Shown here one piece after another: positions 32,417-46,054 of a DNA stretch of 64,000 bases; the stretch's first letter is position 1; the number at the start of each line of letters is the position of its first letter. This DNA is from the human T2T-CHM13v2.0 reference genome, Homo sapiens: assembly GCF_009914755.1 (NCBI RefSeq), contig NC_060925.1; one strand, 5' to 3'. The notes below the pieces were generated by a model. The model did not search any database, was not told the origin of the DNA, and saw only the letters and a list, made by a program, of their open reading frames with translations. The translations under genes were made by a program, and so were the position numbers.

Positions 32417-35392
32417 TTTCTTTAATTTTTTTTAACGATGTTTTTGTATTTTTCAAAGTATACATCTTGCATTTCTTTTGTTAAATTTATTTGTTTTGTT
32501 CTTTTTAATTTCATTTCAGACTACTTATTGCATTCATAGTGTTTTAGAGTCCACATTCCCTCTTGACTGTCACTAAGTTTTTTTTTTTCTGTTTTTGAGA
32601 GGTTTCTATCAGAATTTTGCAGATCAGAGATGACGGACATGTCAAACTGTCTAATATTACCAACCCTCCCCATTTATCAGATCAGGATCCTTTTGGTGAT
32701 TCACCATGCAGGGAAATCTAGTATCTAAGGCTCAAAAGGTGATACTGTTTTACATAGGCAGTAACATTTTATTGCTACATAATAACTACATATTTATGGA
32801 GTACCTGTGATATTTTGATACGTGCATACAATGTGCAGTGATCAAATCAGGGTGTTTAGGGTATTCATCACTTCTAACATTTATTATTTATTTGTGTTTG
32901 GAACATTTCAAGTCTCTTCAAGCTCTTCAGAAATATTCAATACATTATTGTTAACAGTGCTATTGAACACTGGAACTTATTCCTTCTATCTAAAGACAGT
33001 AACATTTTAAGTATAGTCATAAGGTTACAGAAGGATAAAGTGTGTATAGGGAAAATTCCCTACAAGATGAGAATTTCATTCCTTACTCTTAGTAATACAG
33101 GTCTTCAAACATGCCAAGGATATTCCTCCCTTGGAGCTTTGAACATGCACGTCTGTGGTTATATTGCTCTCCCTGCAAATTATTCCTAAAAGAGGCTTGC
33201 CCTGACCATTCAGACTAAAATAGCACCTCTAGTACTCTCTATCTCCAACCCTATTATTATTATCTTGGCCCTTATCACTCTCTGACACTATACTGTATAC
33301 TCTTTTGCTTGTTCGTTTATTATCCACCACTAACTACAATATAAAATCTGTGAGAGGTAGGATCTTTGTTTGCCACTATAAACCTAGTGCATGGTACAGT
33401 TCCTGGTGCATAATAGGTGCTCAATAAATCCTTTGTTGAATGCATAAATATATTAGGTGCTGAGAAAATTTATTTATTCAAAGATCAATTTACTGCATAG
33501 AATAGGCCAGGTGGTTTGACATTTATTCAATAGCCAACATATGGGACCTAGGATGTACATATGCAAGTGTGTGTGTGTATGTGTGTGTGCATCTGCATGT
33601 GTACTTGGATGTACTGCAGAGAACATCTATGTAGCTAAGTAGTATAAAGCACTTGGGCTCCAGAGTTAAACTGGAGTTTGAATCCTCATTAGTGGTTGCC
33701 AGCTGTACACACTTGGGCAGATCATTTAACCTAGTCTGTAGGGCTCAATTTCCTCATCTCTAAAGTAGGGATTGTAATCATATCTACTTCATAGGGTTCT
33801 TGATGTAAATATTAAATAACATAGAACATGGAAAGCATTTAGCAGCACCTAGTTCATAGCAGTGCTTGATAAATGTTCGCTGTTGCTATTTGGGGGCACT
33901 ATGCATTTTCTGAACATTTCTGAACAATGTTTACTAAATATATGTAGTACCCGTTTTCAAGTGTATTTAGATGCTTCTCTGGGGATGAAGAAATATAAAT
34001 TAAATATAGTACAGTATTCACAACAGTTTTCTGTCCTTTTTGTCTAGTCAGGAGTTACAAAAAGTATAATGAAATACTTTCATATGGCTGGGGTGTTTAT
34101 GAAAATTTTTTACCTAAACAAACAATTGTCATATTAGTTTACAATATTCATGAGGGCAAAGGCCTTGTCTTCCTTATATTTCTCTGTATCTCTACCACCT
34201 GGTACGTGTGATAGACAATAAATACTTGTGTGTTTATTGTTTGTAAATGAATAAATGAAAAAATATTCACATTGTTGAAAACCACTACTCTGGATAGTCA
34301 GTGGGTGCTTATCACTGGCTTGATTATGGCAACATTAACAAAAAAGTGCAGTATTTTAGAAACTAGGTTTCAAGACTCTCAACCTTTCAGTGGCCTTGAA
34401 CTATCCAGAGAACACTTTATGGGTTAAAATTGCTAAATGATAACAGAGAAAAATGGGAGCCAGAGTTGTCCACCTCTCCAGAGGATGAGAGCAAACAATC
34501 CTGCAGCAGATACCGTGTGATTGGTCACACGAGGAAAAATCTGGCAGCCTTAAGATTACTTTGCAGCGGGGGACTCCCACCATCATGCTCAAGTGTGTAG
34601 ATGGGCACACCAAAACACACACATGCAGGTGCCCTCCACTTTACACAAGAAGCAAATGTAAATGAATCTTGTTTTCAGTGATTTAGAGAAACAATTTAAG
34701 TGAGCCATTACTCATCTGCTTCTAAAAGCAAAAACTCCTTCTCTGGTGGTAGTATTTGCACTCTCATTTGTAAATGTTGGAAGCTGAAAGTTTTGTATTT
34801 GAGTTTGCTTTAAGATTCACACATCTGTGTAAATGGACCTTCTGTTGTTGGGGGGAGAATTTGGATTTTCTTTATAGATAGAGTTGGCAATTTTTTAGAG
34901 AGAAGCATTTACTGCTAAGTCATGAGAAATAATCACTGGTGCATAATTAGAGAGAGGAACAGGAAGAAGAAATGGTGAGCTGGATGTAGGGTCATGCCCC
35001 ATTTAGTAACTGTTAGTTTCCCACATAGGAAATACTTCTTTTTAGCTTCCAGATCCCACTCCAATCTGAGTGTGTGATGTTGGCAAGTGAGGCAGAGAGT
35101 GTGACTCGGCTCACCCTCTATTGGGACAAGAGTTCACAGTAAATGTCATTCAACAGTGACTTGGTCTGGGGGTACAGGATATATTAATATTGAGAAGATA
35201 AATACACTAACTTTGTTTAGAGAATTATCCCCCAAGCTTAGAAGTCCCAAAGAAAGCATGTTATGTCACTTCCAGAAAAGTCTCAGGCTCCTCTGCTTGT
35301 GTGACCTTATCAGGTCCTGAACTCAGCTTGTGTCTATAAGAGGGGACAGGTCCAGCTTGGCTGGCTAATTACTTTTACTTTTTTCACTGCAG

Positions 35393-35534
35393 TTTATTCA
35401 GGATGATAACATGGAGAAGCTTGAGGAAATTATTGAAAAATACCCTCGTGCCTTCCCTTTCTGGATTGGGCCCTTTCAGGCATTTTTCTGTATCTATGAC
35501 CCAGACTATGCAAAGACACTTCTGAGCAGAACAG
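35393..35534 (+). CDS. CYP4X1: CYP4X1 exon 2 (142 nt)
   Basis: ctgcAG|TTTATT...ACAG|gtaag; FIQDDNMEKLEEIIEKYPRAFPFWIGPFQAFFCIYDPDYAKTLLSRT. Confidence 0.97.
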
Positions 35535-35765
35535 GTAAGAAGAGGGGGAAAGTTCTGGGACCTATTCCTCCTAGAAGTGAAATGCATAAAACCCATAGGC
35601 AAGATTCCAAAGCAAAGATTGGTTTGGGGCCTTTAAGAGACACAGCAGCAAGTATGGGGAGGTGACAGGTTTCCTACCAATACTGAAGGGGATTCCCATA
35701 TCCTCCCCAGTCCCTTGTCTTGTTCAGGTATGCATGGGCACGTTGAAGTCGGTATAACTTAAAGC

Positions 35766-36381
35766 CTAGCTGGCATTACCAGACTTGCCAGGCAAGGCTT
35801 CCCTTGGCCTCTGTGGGTTTTATGACTTCAGTGTCAGCAACACTTCCCACTCCTACCCCTGGTCTCGAGCATAAGTCTCAAGAGGGTGGGAAATCAGCAG
35901 TAACTCTACCTCTGCTGGTTCAGTATGAAAGCCTGAATGCTAGATCATTAATTTACCCATCAGACCTCTTGATAGTGATCCAAATTTTAGCTTTCCTCTC
36001 CACATATTTCTCAACTATGTCCCCTTTTCAGGTATGAGTCATCTACTTCCCCACCCAATCCTTTTTTAAGGCTTTCATTGTGGATTATTTCATAGCATAA
36101 TACTAAAATGTCCAGTTTTTGCCCTGTCAACTTTGTAAAAGGAAGGTTTTTATATTCCAGTCTTCCCTGTGCATTGTATCCACCACTCCTAATAAAACCT
36201 AATGAAAGAAAGAGCCTTGCCCTGACTATCTCCATGTTTCCAGTCCCCCTGCTCTGATTTGTGTCATGAGACTTATGCTCGAGACCAGGGGTAGGAGTGG
36301 GAAGTGTTGCTGACACTGAAGTCATAAAACCCACAGAGGCCAAGGGAAGCCTTGCCTGGCAAGTCTGGTAATGCCAGCTAG
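35766..36381. repeat. Perfect 115-bp inverted repeat (35766-35880 / 36267-36381) around a 386-bp spacer
   Basis: Base-by-base reverse-complement comparison gives 115/115; ORFs 35804(+) and 36011(-) share ASVGFMTSVSATLPTPTPGLEHKS. Confidence 0.97.
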
Positions 36382-36838
36382 TCATGTTCACCTGTTAAGG
36401 ACAAGAACAGTAGAACACCTCCACTTTGGGGTTCACAAAAACACCAAGAGGCATTGACACCTCAATACATGGTGTCTACTGACCTCTGCTCTGATCGTTA
36501 ATTTTCCTTCTGTAAAGGATATATGTTGTCCCAACTACGGTTATGGAAACTTTGCAACCCTCAGGCAAACTCTGTTCTTGTTGGAGGAAGTGTAAACAAG
36601 GGAATAATCAGGGTTTCTGTACTTGTCTGCCTCATAGGGCTTGCTGTTCTCTGAAACTGAGCCAAGACTAACACAAGTCTTTCCCCAGGCTGCCAAAGGC
36701 AGCAGGAAGTAAGACCTGGGCTCTCTTTTTCTCACTTTTTGTGGTTGGTGCAGAAATGCAGAAAACCGTCACCAACTTGAACTGATAATGAATGCTCCCT
36801 CTAATGATGTCTTTTGTTTCCTCTGCTTGACTCTGCAG

Positions 36839-36883
36839 ATCCCAAGTCCCAGTACCTGCAGAAATTCTCACCTCCACTTCTTG
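36839..36883 (+). CDS. CYP4X1: CYP4X1 exon 3 (45 nt)
   Basis: ctgcAG|ATCCCAAG...CTTG|gtatg; (D)PKSQYLQKFSPPLL(G). Confidence 0.95.
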
Positions 36884-37032
36884 GTATGTATGTGCAAATG
36901 AGAGGTATAACCCACTCTCATTCAAAGTCCCCTTTCCATAGTAGAGCATGCCAAAGAAACTGAAATCTGAATTCAAAAGCACAAAGAGTGCAAGGTAGAG
37001 CTATACTGAACGTTATCTAGGGGAAAGATTGA

Positions 37033-37469
<437 letters not shown>

Positions 37470-38618
37470 CTACCCAAACTGCAGTCTCACCATCCCTATT
37501 CTTGTTTTCTTTATCCTTCTCTCGTTTTCTTGGATGTTTTCCTTTCTTTTTGGAGTTCCTTTATTTCCACATGCGAGTCAGTAAAATTTTGCTCTAGAGT
37601 TTGGCAATATTCTGTCAGCAGATAAACTAAGCTCTTTAATTACATAATTGGTATTTATGTTAAACAAGACATGAATGAAAGAAAAGAATATAGGCTTGTA
37701 TTAGGAACCACTTAAATTTGAATCTTGCCCCCTCCTGCATTGACTAGTTAAATATGATCTTGGGGAAGTCATTTAATCTCTCCCTATCTCAGTTTCCTCA
37801 TCTTTGACAATAAGGATGAGACTCACATTGCTGGGCTGTTATGAGGATTAAATGAAATACATATTTTTAGCACTACATGTAATGGCCACCATTGTATGAG
37901 TGACAGATCATGCATCATGAGCCTGGAATGTTGTAAGCATTCAATGAATGGTATCAATTATGTATTAATAAACTTTAAAGTCCTTTTAAAGCCAAATCCT
38001 AATGACCAGTCTGGCAATAGAAGATTGTGAAGCATTAGCCTTGGTAAGTATTTCCACATAGTATCATTCATAGACCTGGGCTCAAGGAGGAAATATCAGG
38101 GGACAGAGTGGACACTCTTGTCTCTTTCCTTGTGAATTTATGTTCATCATATAGTTTATGGATTGGTTTGGAGTGGAAAGGAATTCACTTGCTCTGTTAC
38201 TAGTGTGAGCTAGGGAGTAGGTTGGCTACCTTATGTATTCACTTTCAGTTAACCTCCACAGCAACACAGGGAAAAAGGTATTTAGTATCATAGTTCATTA
38301 TTGAGAAAAGTAAACCTCAGGAAGATTGAGTCACTTATTCAGTTACTACATAGGTAGTAACTGGTGATTTCAGGATTAGCGTGCTAATCTTATAAGGCTT
38401 TGAAATTTATTAGACTTTGAAACTGTTTCTCACAATATTAAATACATCCATCCCAGAGGTAAGCTTCTAAATTCACCTTCATCTATTAAATTGCATTGCA
38501 CATTAATACGAGTACTACTTTGATACTCCACTGTTGCATGACTGCCTGTGGGTCATGGTTACTCCACGCTGCCTGTGTTCCTCATCTATCCTTCATCTCA
38601 TCTAATTAAATGGCATAA

Positions 38619-38852
<234 letters not shown>

Positions 38853-39059
38853 TGAAAATAAAAAATCAGTTTCTAAAAATTTAACCAATGTACACGTACT
38901 TATTGAACAATAGGTGTCTGTAAAAAATTTGTTATGTTCTTTGAGTGATAATATTAATAAAAAGATCTGGTCCTCTGTCTTAGATATATTTTGAGATTTT
39001 ATGGCAGCAAACCAAGTACCAAATGGTGATAGTTAGATAGTAAGTGCTGTAGATGTGTT

Positions 39060-39451
39060 TCATGGAGGGCGGGTCTGTACAAACCTACCCCAAAGTCTGA
39101 GGAAACTGAGAGGCTGAAGAAAAAGGCTGACAGTTTCTTAAAAAGAAACATTCAATAGAGGCTTTCAAACAAAAACCATGGCTGTTTCACACAGTTGTGA
39201 GACAAGATGGTGGATCCCTGTGCCATTACCCTCCAGACCCAGGAATTATAGACCATGGGGAGGGGCATACATGCTTCAGAGGAAATTATTAATAGTAAGA
39301 ACTTGCCCTAAGGGCAAGATTTATGGTAAGTACATGCTCTTACACAAGGAACAATAGATAAACTGGAAATCTCAGAGCATTCCTGGAACTAGAGTTAATT
39401 GGAAGTCAAGATGGCAGATTAGCTTCCAGTATGGAGTTGCGTTAACTTCAC
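39060..39451 (-). mobile_element. ERV-type LTR, family uncertain, intron 4
   Basis: Minus strand starts tgtgaagttaacgcaactccatactggaagctaatctgccatcttg, typical of MER4-group LTR starts. Confidence 0.55.
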
Positions 39452-40452
39452 AAGGTGACAGGTAAGGATGGCAGGAGCAGCTATAACAGCTTCAGATTCA
39501 GAGGAAACTCAAATTTGCCATGAAATATAAGCTGGACTTGAATATGTAGGTAATATGGATGAGAGTATTCGAGGCAGAGTGAGGGAGCATGAACAAAGGT
39601 TTGGAGATTGGCATGGACTTGCCCAGTGGCTATAAAGGACCAAGCAAAAGAGAATGTGTGTATTAAAGTTGCAGATGTGAATTTCCTCTTGTAGATAGTG
39701 GAGGATCATTAGGCCCTGACCTACACCTTTCAAAGGGGCCGAAGAACATTCCTGTGAGTGGTCTCTGATTTATAAACGAGTTCTATTCCAAAACTCTATT
39801 TGTACAATGGCTTCAATTTTTAAATCATATTTATTTTGAAATAAGACAAGTAATTCACTAATACACTTTCATCATAGACACCTCAAACACCACAAACAAA
39901 GACAAAGTTTTCCTCTCACTTCATGTGCAAACCCATCCCTGTTCCCATACAAACCTCTGTTACCAGCTCAATGATTGGGTTCTCAGCCAAACTCACAGAA
40001 GCAGTTTGAACCCGAAGTCAGCCAGGACTGTGGTAAAAACATCAGTGTGAGTTCTCAAGGCAGAGACCCAGAGACTGTGCAGTGCAAGCTAGTGAGAGAG
40101 AAGAGCATCCTTTTGTGACTCTAGTGCTGTTCAGGTGCAGCACAGTTTCAGATCCTCCAGTGACTGCACTGGAGTTGCATTAGAGTTTTCTCTCTATTTC
40201 TCGGAGCGCTTCCTCCCCTCCTCATTTCTCAGCCACATATTTCTCCGGGATTTTTCTCACACTTCCTTCCTCTGCTGCATCATTCCAGAGTTTCTCAAGC
40301 TTGGAAGCCTCCCTCCTGTTCTCATTTCTTCTACATTCACCATTTGTTCTTAGTAAAACTTACGTAATTGAGAAAAAGGCTCTTTGACTAAACAATTTGC
40401 ACTTAGGAAAAAGTTTTTAAAATTCTCTTTGCCTTTGTGGTTGCCAAGTCTC

Positions 40453-40544
40453 TGAAATTTTAAAAGTTCAGGTTGACCGATAGGTCTTAAGCTAGGGGCT
40501 AGGTGCTTAAGACCTATCGGTCGACCTGAACTTTTAAAATTTCA
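40453..40544. repeat. 92-nt near-perfect hairpin (40-bp arms, 12-nt loop)
   Basis: 40453-40492 vs 40505-40544 match 39/40 as reverse complements. Confidence 0.97.
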
Positions 40545-41208
40545 ATTTATTTTAATTTTTACACAAAGTATGCTTATTATACAAATACATTTTCAACCAG
40601 GGACCTTGTGACAGTTTAAAAATGTCAGGCAAAGCATTTGAAGCAGTATAAGTAGGTCTCTTTGTGGGGAAGTTAAGCCAGGTCAGGCTTTGCTGGGGGC
40701 AGCTCCCTGCAGCAGCTCCTCTCCACACTTGCTCTGTTTCTCACTTTTGAATCCAAACGTTTTTGAAAATGTTCTGAGTTTATTTTAAATGTGGCTATGG
40801 TGGTTGAGAGCAGTGGCAGGGTACCTAGCAAGTTTGGAATTGAAGTTGGAGGAAGCCCTGGGGTAAACCCCTTGTAATTATGGGTCTTGTGTCAATGATT
40901 GCTTTAATGGAACTCTGGTCTGTTTGAAAGCAGAGTTATGGTAATAATTGAAAAGCCACAGATCTTTAACTCAGCCATTTACCATATATGCAGTTTTCTC
41001 CATGCTCCTTCTCACTCCGCTGGGTGTATTTTTCCCTTCCTCGTGCCCTGTGTAAGCACATGGCTTATTTACTCATGTGATCTTTGGTTCCTGCTGGGTC
41101 AGGGTTGTCTCCATTAGATCATAAAAACAGGGCCAGGCAGGAGCCTTCAAATGAAGGCAATTTGGTCATGGTGGTGGTGATGATGTTGGTCTTGACCTCC
41201 TGTGCCAG

Positions 41209-41336
41209 GATAAGTGGGAGAAGATTTGCAGCACTCAGGACACAAGCGTGGAGGTCTATGAGCACATCAACTCGATGTCTCTGGATATAATCATGAAATG
41301 CGCTTTCAGCAAGGAGACCAACTGCCAGACAAACAG
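41209..41336 (+). CDS. CYP4X1: CYP4X1 exon 5 (128 nt)
   Basis: gccAG|GATAAG...AACAG|gtcag; DKWEKICSTQDTSVEVYEHINSMSLDIIMKCAFSKETNCQTN. Confidence 0.97.
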
Positions 41337-41419
41337 GTCAGTGGTGGGAGAGCAAAAAAGATATTTCTTCACATTTTCTAAGTTGTTTATTAACACATTA
41401 TCCCAACTTTCTCTTCTAG

Positions 41420-41574
41420 CACCCATGATCCTTATGCAAAAGCCATATTTGAACTCAGCAAAATCATATTTCACCGCTTGTACAGTTTGTTGTATCACAG
41501 TGACATAATTTTCAAACTCAGCCCTCAGGGCTACCGCTTCCAGAAGTTAAGCCGAGTGTTGAATCAGTACACAG
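41420..41574 (+). CDS. CYP4X1: CYP4X1 exon 6 (155 nt)
   Basis: ttctAG|CACC...ACAG|gtatt after an 83-nt intron; THDPYAKAIFELSKIIFHRLYSLLYHSDIIFKLSPQGYRFQKLSRVLNQYT. Confidence 0.97.
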
Positions 41575-41768
41575 GTATTTGTTGGGTTTGGGTTGCCCAC
41601 GTCCATACGCTGCCATGATTGTACTGTGTCTGTCTAGAGGGATAAACCTTAATATGACAAGAGAAAGAATCTTTGTTATTAATGGAGCTTTTATATAGAC
41701 ACTGCTCCAAAGAAATTTGACTTGAGTCCTTTATAAGACTTTGCTTCAACCATAGCAGTATTATCAGA

Positions 41769-41773
<5 letters not shown>

Positions 41774-41821
<48 letters not shown>
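41774..41821. repeat. (TA)n microsatellite, intron 6
   Basis: About 23 TA units. Confidence 0.95.
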
Positions 41822-41822
<1 letters not shown>

Positions 41823-42705
41823 TATTTTTATTATGGACAATTATTATTAATACAAATATAAGTAGGCACTTAAGAGTTCCAGACATACATGGAATATGGC
41901 TTTTTGCACAGCGATTGCAGTAATAATAATGACAAGCTAAAAACATTCATGCAACATAGGAATGGAGAGTGGAACAGAGTAAACATGGACATGCACCCGA
42001 AAGAATATTGATTCAAAAACAGTTTTAGCAAGCATAAACACAAAAGTTGAAATAGATTAAGCTTTTTAAGCAATTCAACATTACTTGTCATGAATGCCAT
42101 AATGGAGAATACTTATCAAGCAGTGAATTAATCCTTCATCAGCTTCACCACTTACTAGCAGTTACTAGTAAGTTACTTACTGCTTTGTTTCAGTGTCATC
42201 TATAAAATGGAGATTAAAAAAGAACCTATCTCATACATTTGTTATTACGATGAGTGGGTTAATATATATAAAGCATTTAGGACAGTGCCTGGCACTGAAT
42301 AGATGTTAAATGTAAAGTATAGTTATGTCAAATGTCTTTGCTTCCAGGAATTTTGCAAGACACACCAACATATGCACACTTACACATACATATATGCATA
42401 CATGCACATAGATATTATAAAGAGGACACTCAGAGAAGCAGGTTATAAACAATTTAAGGCATAAATGGGCATTATAAATAGCAGCAGTTCCCAAGTCTTT
42501 CTGCATCATTGCACACACAGAAAATGTTAATGTTTTTGTGCTTCATTGGAGTAAACAGGAATGGATTTGGGGGAAGCTATACAGAACTTTGTAAAAAAAA
42601 ATCTTTACTTTTTAAATATTATACAATTATGATGAAAAAGCAAAATGCAAAGTGTTAGGGAAAATATTAAATGTTAAATTTATTCAAAACTTAAAACCTT
42701 TTCAA

Positions 42706-42937
<232 letters not shown>

Positions 42938-42966
42938 TAGTAATCACAAAAAGCCATTCTCTATTC

Positions 42967-43164
42967 CAGGGTTTCTCAACCCTCAGCACTAATGGCTTCT
43001 TAGATTAGATAAGTCCTTGTTGTCAAGATGTGTGCATTGTAGGATGTTTAGCTACATCCCTGACATCTACCCACTCGATGTAGTAGAGCTCTGATAGTTA
43101 TAGCAACCATAAATAACTCCAGACATTATTGAATGTTCCCAGGGCCCCCAGTTGAGAACCACTG
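42967..43164. mobile_element. MER20 (hAT DNA transposon relic)
   Basis: cagggtttctcaacc...gtgcattgtaggatgtttagc...gttgagaaccactg terminal inverted ends. Confidence 0.8.
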
Positions 43165-44091
43165 CCCTGTACCCAGGTTGTAGAGAAAATTATTTATGTT
43201 TTCTTGTAGTACTTGTATAATTTCATTATTTTCATATTTAAATCAGAGATCTAAACTCCATTTAGAATTTATTCCTATATATGGTGTGAGGTATTGATCT
43301 AATTTTTCCAAATGTTTATCCAGTTGTCCCATCACCATTATTTAAAAGTTTATCTTTTCAAGTGATTTGAGATAACCATCACATTCTAAACGGATACATG
43401 TACTGGTATCTGTTTTGGATAAGAGTATATTTGGATGTTCTCGTGTATTCCATTGATCTATCTACCAATGTACCAGAATCACACTGTTTTAATTAAGGAG
43501 ATTTTGTGGCTTTTTTCAACATTAATAGACCTTATTTTTAGAAAAGTTTTAGGTTTGCAGAAAAATTCAGCAGAAAGTACAGAGAGTTCTCATATTACCC
43601 ATGTAACAAACCTGTACATGTACCCCTGTATCTAAAATAAAAGTTGAAATTTTTTAAATAGTAAATAAATATTACCTCTGTTCCATATTTTTGTTTTGTT
43701 TTTTTTCTCTCAGCTCCTTCAATTATAAATATATTGGCATTTCTTTGCCTGTCTTCTATTTCATTCCATTTTACTTAATAACTTTTCCGTGAAGATAAAA
43801 TATTAGACTGAGGAAGAAAAGAATAATTGGTCACTTGCATCTAAACTTGAAATCATCTTAATTTTATTGCCCACATACTGATGGAAACTATGTTTTTTAT
43901 TTGTGTTGTTTATCTTTGGAGCTTTAATCAAAAGTCCCTTTGATGAGAAAATAAACCATCTGTGAAAATTAGATCTATTTAAACGTCTGGAAATCAGGCA
44001 AGATTTGAAGCTATTCACTAACCATGGCTTGCTTTATAATTTATTTGACTTTGCCATCACTTTGGTAATTGGAAACTATTTTTCTACCCAG

Positions 44092-44198
44092 ATACAATAA
44101 TCCAGGAAAGAAAGAAATCCCTCCAGGCTGGGGTAAAGCAGGATAACACTCCGAAGAGGAAGTACCAGGATTTTCTGGATATTGTCCTTTCTGCCAAG
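44092..44198 (+). CDS. CYP4X1: CYP4X1 exon 7 (107 nt)
   Basis: acccAG|ATACA...GCCAAG|gtaaa; TIIQERKKSLQAGVKQDNTPKRKYQDFLDIVLSAK. Confidence 0.97.
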
Positions 44199-44773
44199 GT
44201 AAATCTTCTAAATTTCTAAGCCTGCTCAAGTGACCAGTTAATTATGTAAGTAGGTGGGTAAGTGGGAATGGGATGGGGAGACAAGAATAAAACCGATTGA
44301 CTAAATTTAACTGTACTTTGAATTGATGAGCAGCTTCATGCAATTTGAGACAAAGAGAGAATTCTGCAACTGTGTCGCTAGAGGAGGGTTAGTAAAGACT
44401 AAACGAACGATTTGACAAGATTTGAGGATTGTCATATGGATACATGGATTTTAGGGCATCATGAAAAAATGGTCACATGGATAAACGTAAAAATTATGAT
44501 GATAAGGTCCTGGGAAATCTGGGAGTTTGAAGAGAATTTCTAGGGCCTGTTGATCGAGGGCCCTTTGTGCAAGGCCTGCTTTTCTTATCTAACCTTGGTT
44601 CTCCTTTATGCTTTGGGCAGAATATGGTTTATACCACATATTTGTTGAACTGAATTAAAATTTAAACCCCTATTTAAAGCTCTGATTTTTCCCCTCAAAT
44701 CATTATTGTGGTTGTATCTCCAAACATTTATAAACTGGCATTTTATTTAAAATATTTGTATTGTACTTTCTAG

Positions 44774-44965
<192 letters not shown>

Positions 44966-46054
44966 TAAGATCTGCACCCCTAAATTTTCCTGCTAGTTTT
45001 CCCCCTGAGATTTTGCTTTATTTTTTGCGCTGGTACCTTAGTGACCCTAGTGCCTCAGGATATGTGTAGGTGAAACAGAAGAAGTAGGCTACTTTTCTGT
45101 TCTTTCTAAAGAGAGCTCCAAATTATTCTCTTGTCTTTCAGGAAAAAAAAAAAAGTTTATTTATCCATAAATTGTCTGTCATTGGTTTTCTAATCAATGG
45201 TGTGTGAAATGTCTTATTTCTTTATTTCACCTTGGCTCTGATGCATTGGAAATGAGGACTTGATCCCTGGGCTGGCACTTAGAACTTAAACAATAGGGTC
45301 CAAGTGGAGCTCCTCTTCTGAGAGAGCTGAATGATTAGCTGCATTATTTAAGGCTCATTTTAGACATCTCCCAGCCGCTTGTCACCAATTTTATTCCTCA
45401 GGATTGATTTTAGACTTCAGACATAATATTCGATGATATATACTATAGTTTAGCAAATATGGACTGAGGACATTTTAAATACTGAGACTTTTTTTATGAC
45501 TACAATTTATTGTGGGCCCTGTCTTCGGTGAGCTAATGGTCTAATACAGGAGACAGGAGACAGACCTCCAAATTGCAGTGTAGCATAATGAGGGCAATGA
45601 TAGAGATATGTGCTGGCTAACACAAAGACATAGAAGACAGGTACCTACCCTGGCATGGGAGCTCAAGGAGACTTCCTTGACATTTACGCTGACTGCAGGA
45701 TAAGTAGGAGTTAGCCAGGTGGAAACTGTCATCTCTATCTTGCTAGACTTTAAGCATATACTGCTGTTAATAAAGCCCAGGTTATGCTGTTTGCAAAGAT
45801 AAAATGTGTTCCTGACATAATCTGGTCAAAGGGACAGAAAGACAGAAATGCTAAGGACAATTCAGCAGCATGACCAGATAAAAAACACCATATTTCATAT
45901 GCAAAAGTCAACTCAATTGAAACATTTGTAAAACCAAATTTGACATTATAAAAGTATATCAGAGATCTCATTTTATAAGGAAATAGAAGCCCTTTCCTAC
46001 CATAAACTAAAGATTTAATCTATATAGCACAAAATACAATGTTGAGTAATCATT

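Noticed and set aside
35766-36381. Interpretation of the inverted repeat as a recently active DNA transposon/MITE
   Set aside because: No convincing TSD, termini unlike Tc1/mariner, hAT or piggyBac ends I know, no transposase, and primate DNA transposons are long inactive; kept as an unexplained inverted repeat.
35804-36391. Two ORFs sharing an identical peptide, suggesting a duplicated gene
   Set aside because: By-product of the inverted repeat; no coding hallmarks.
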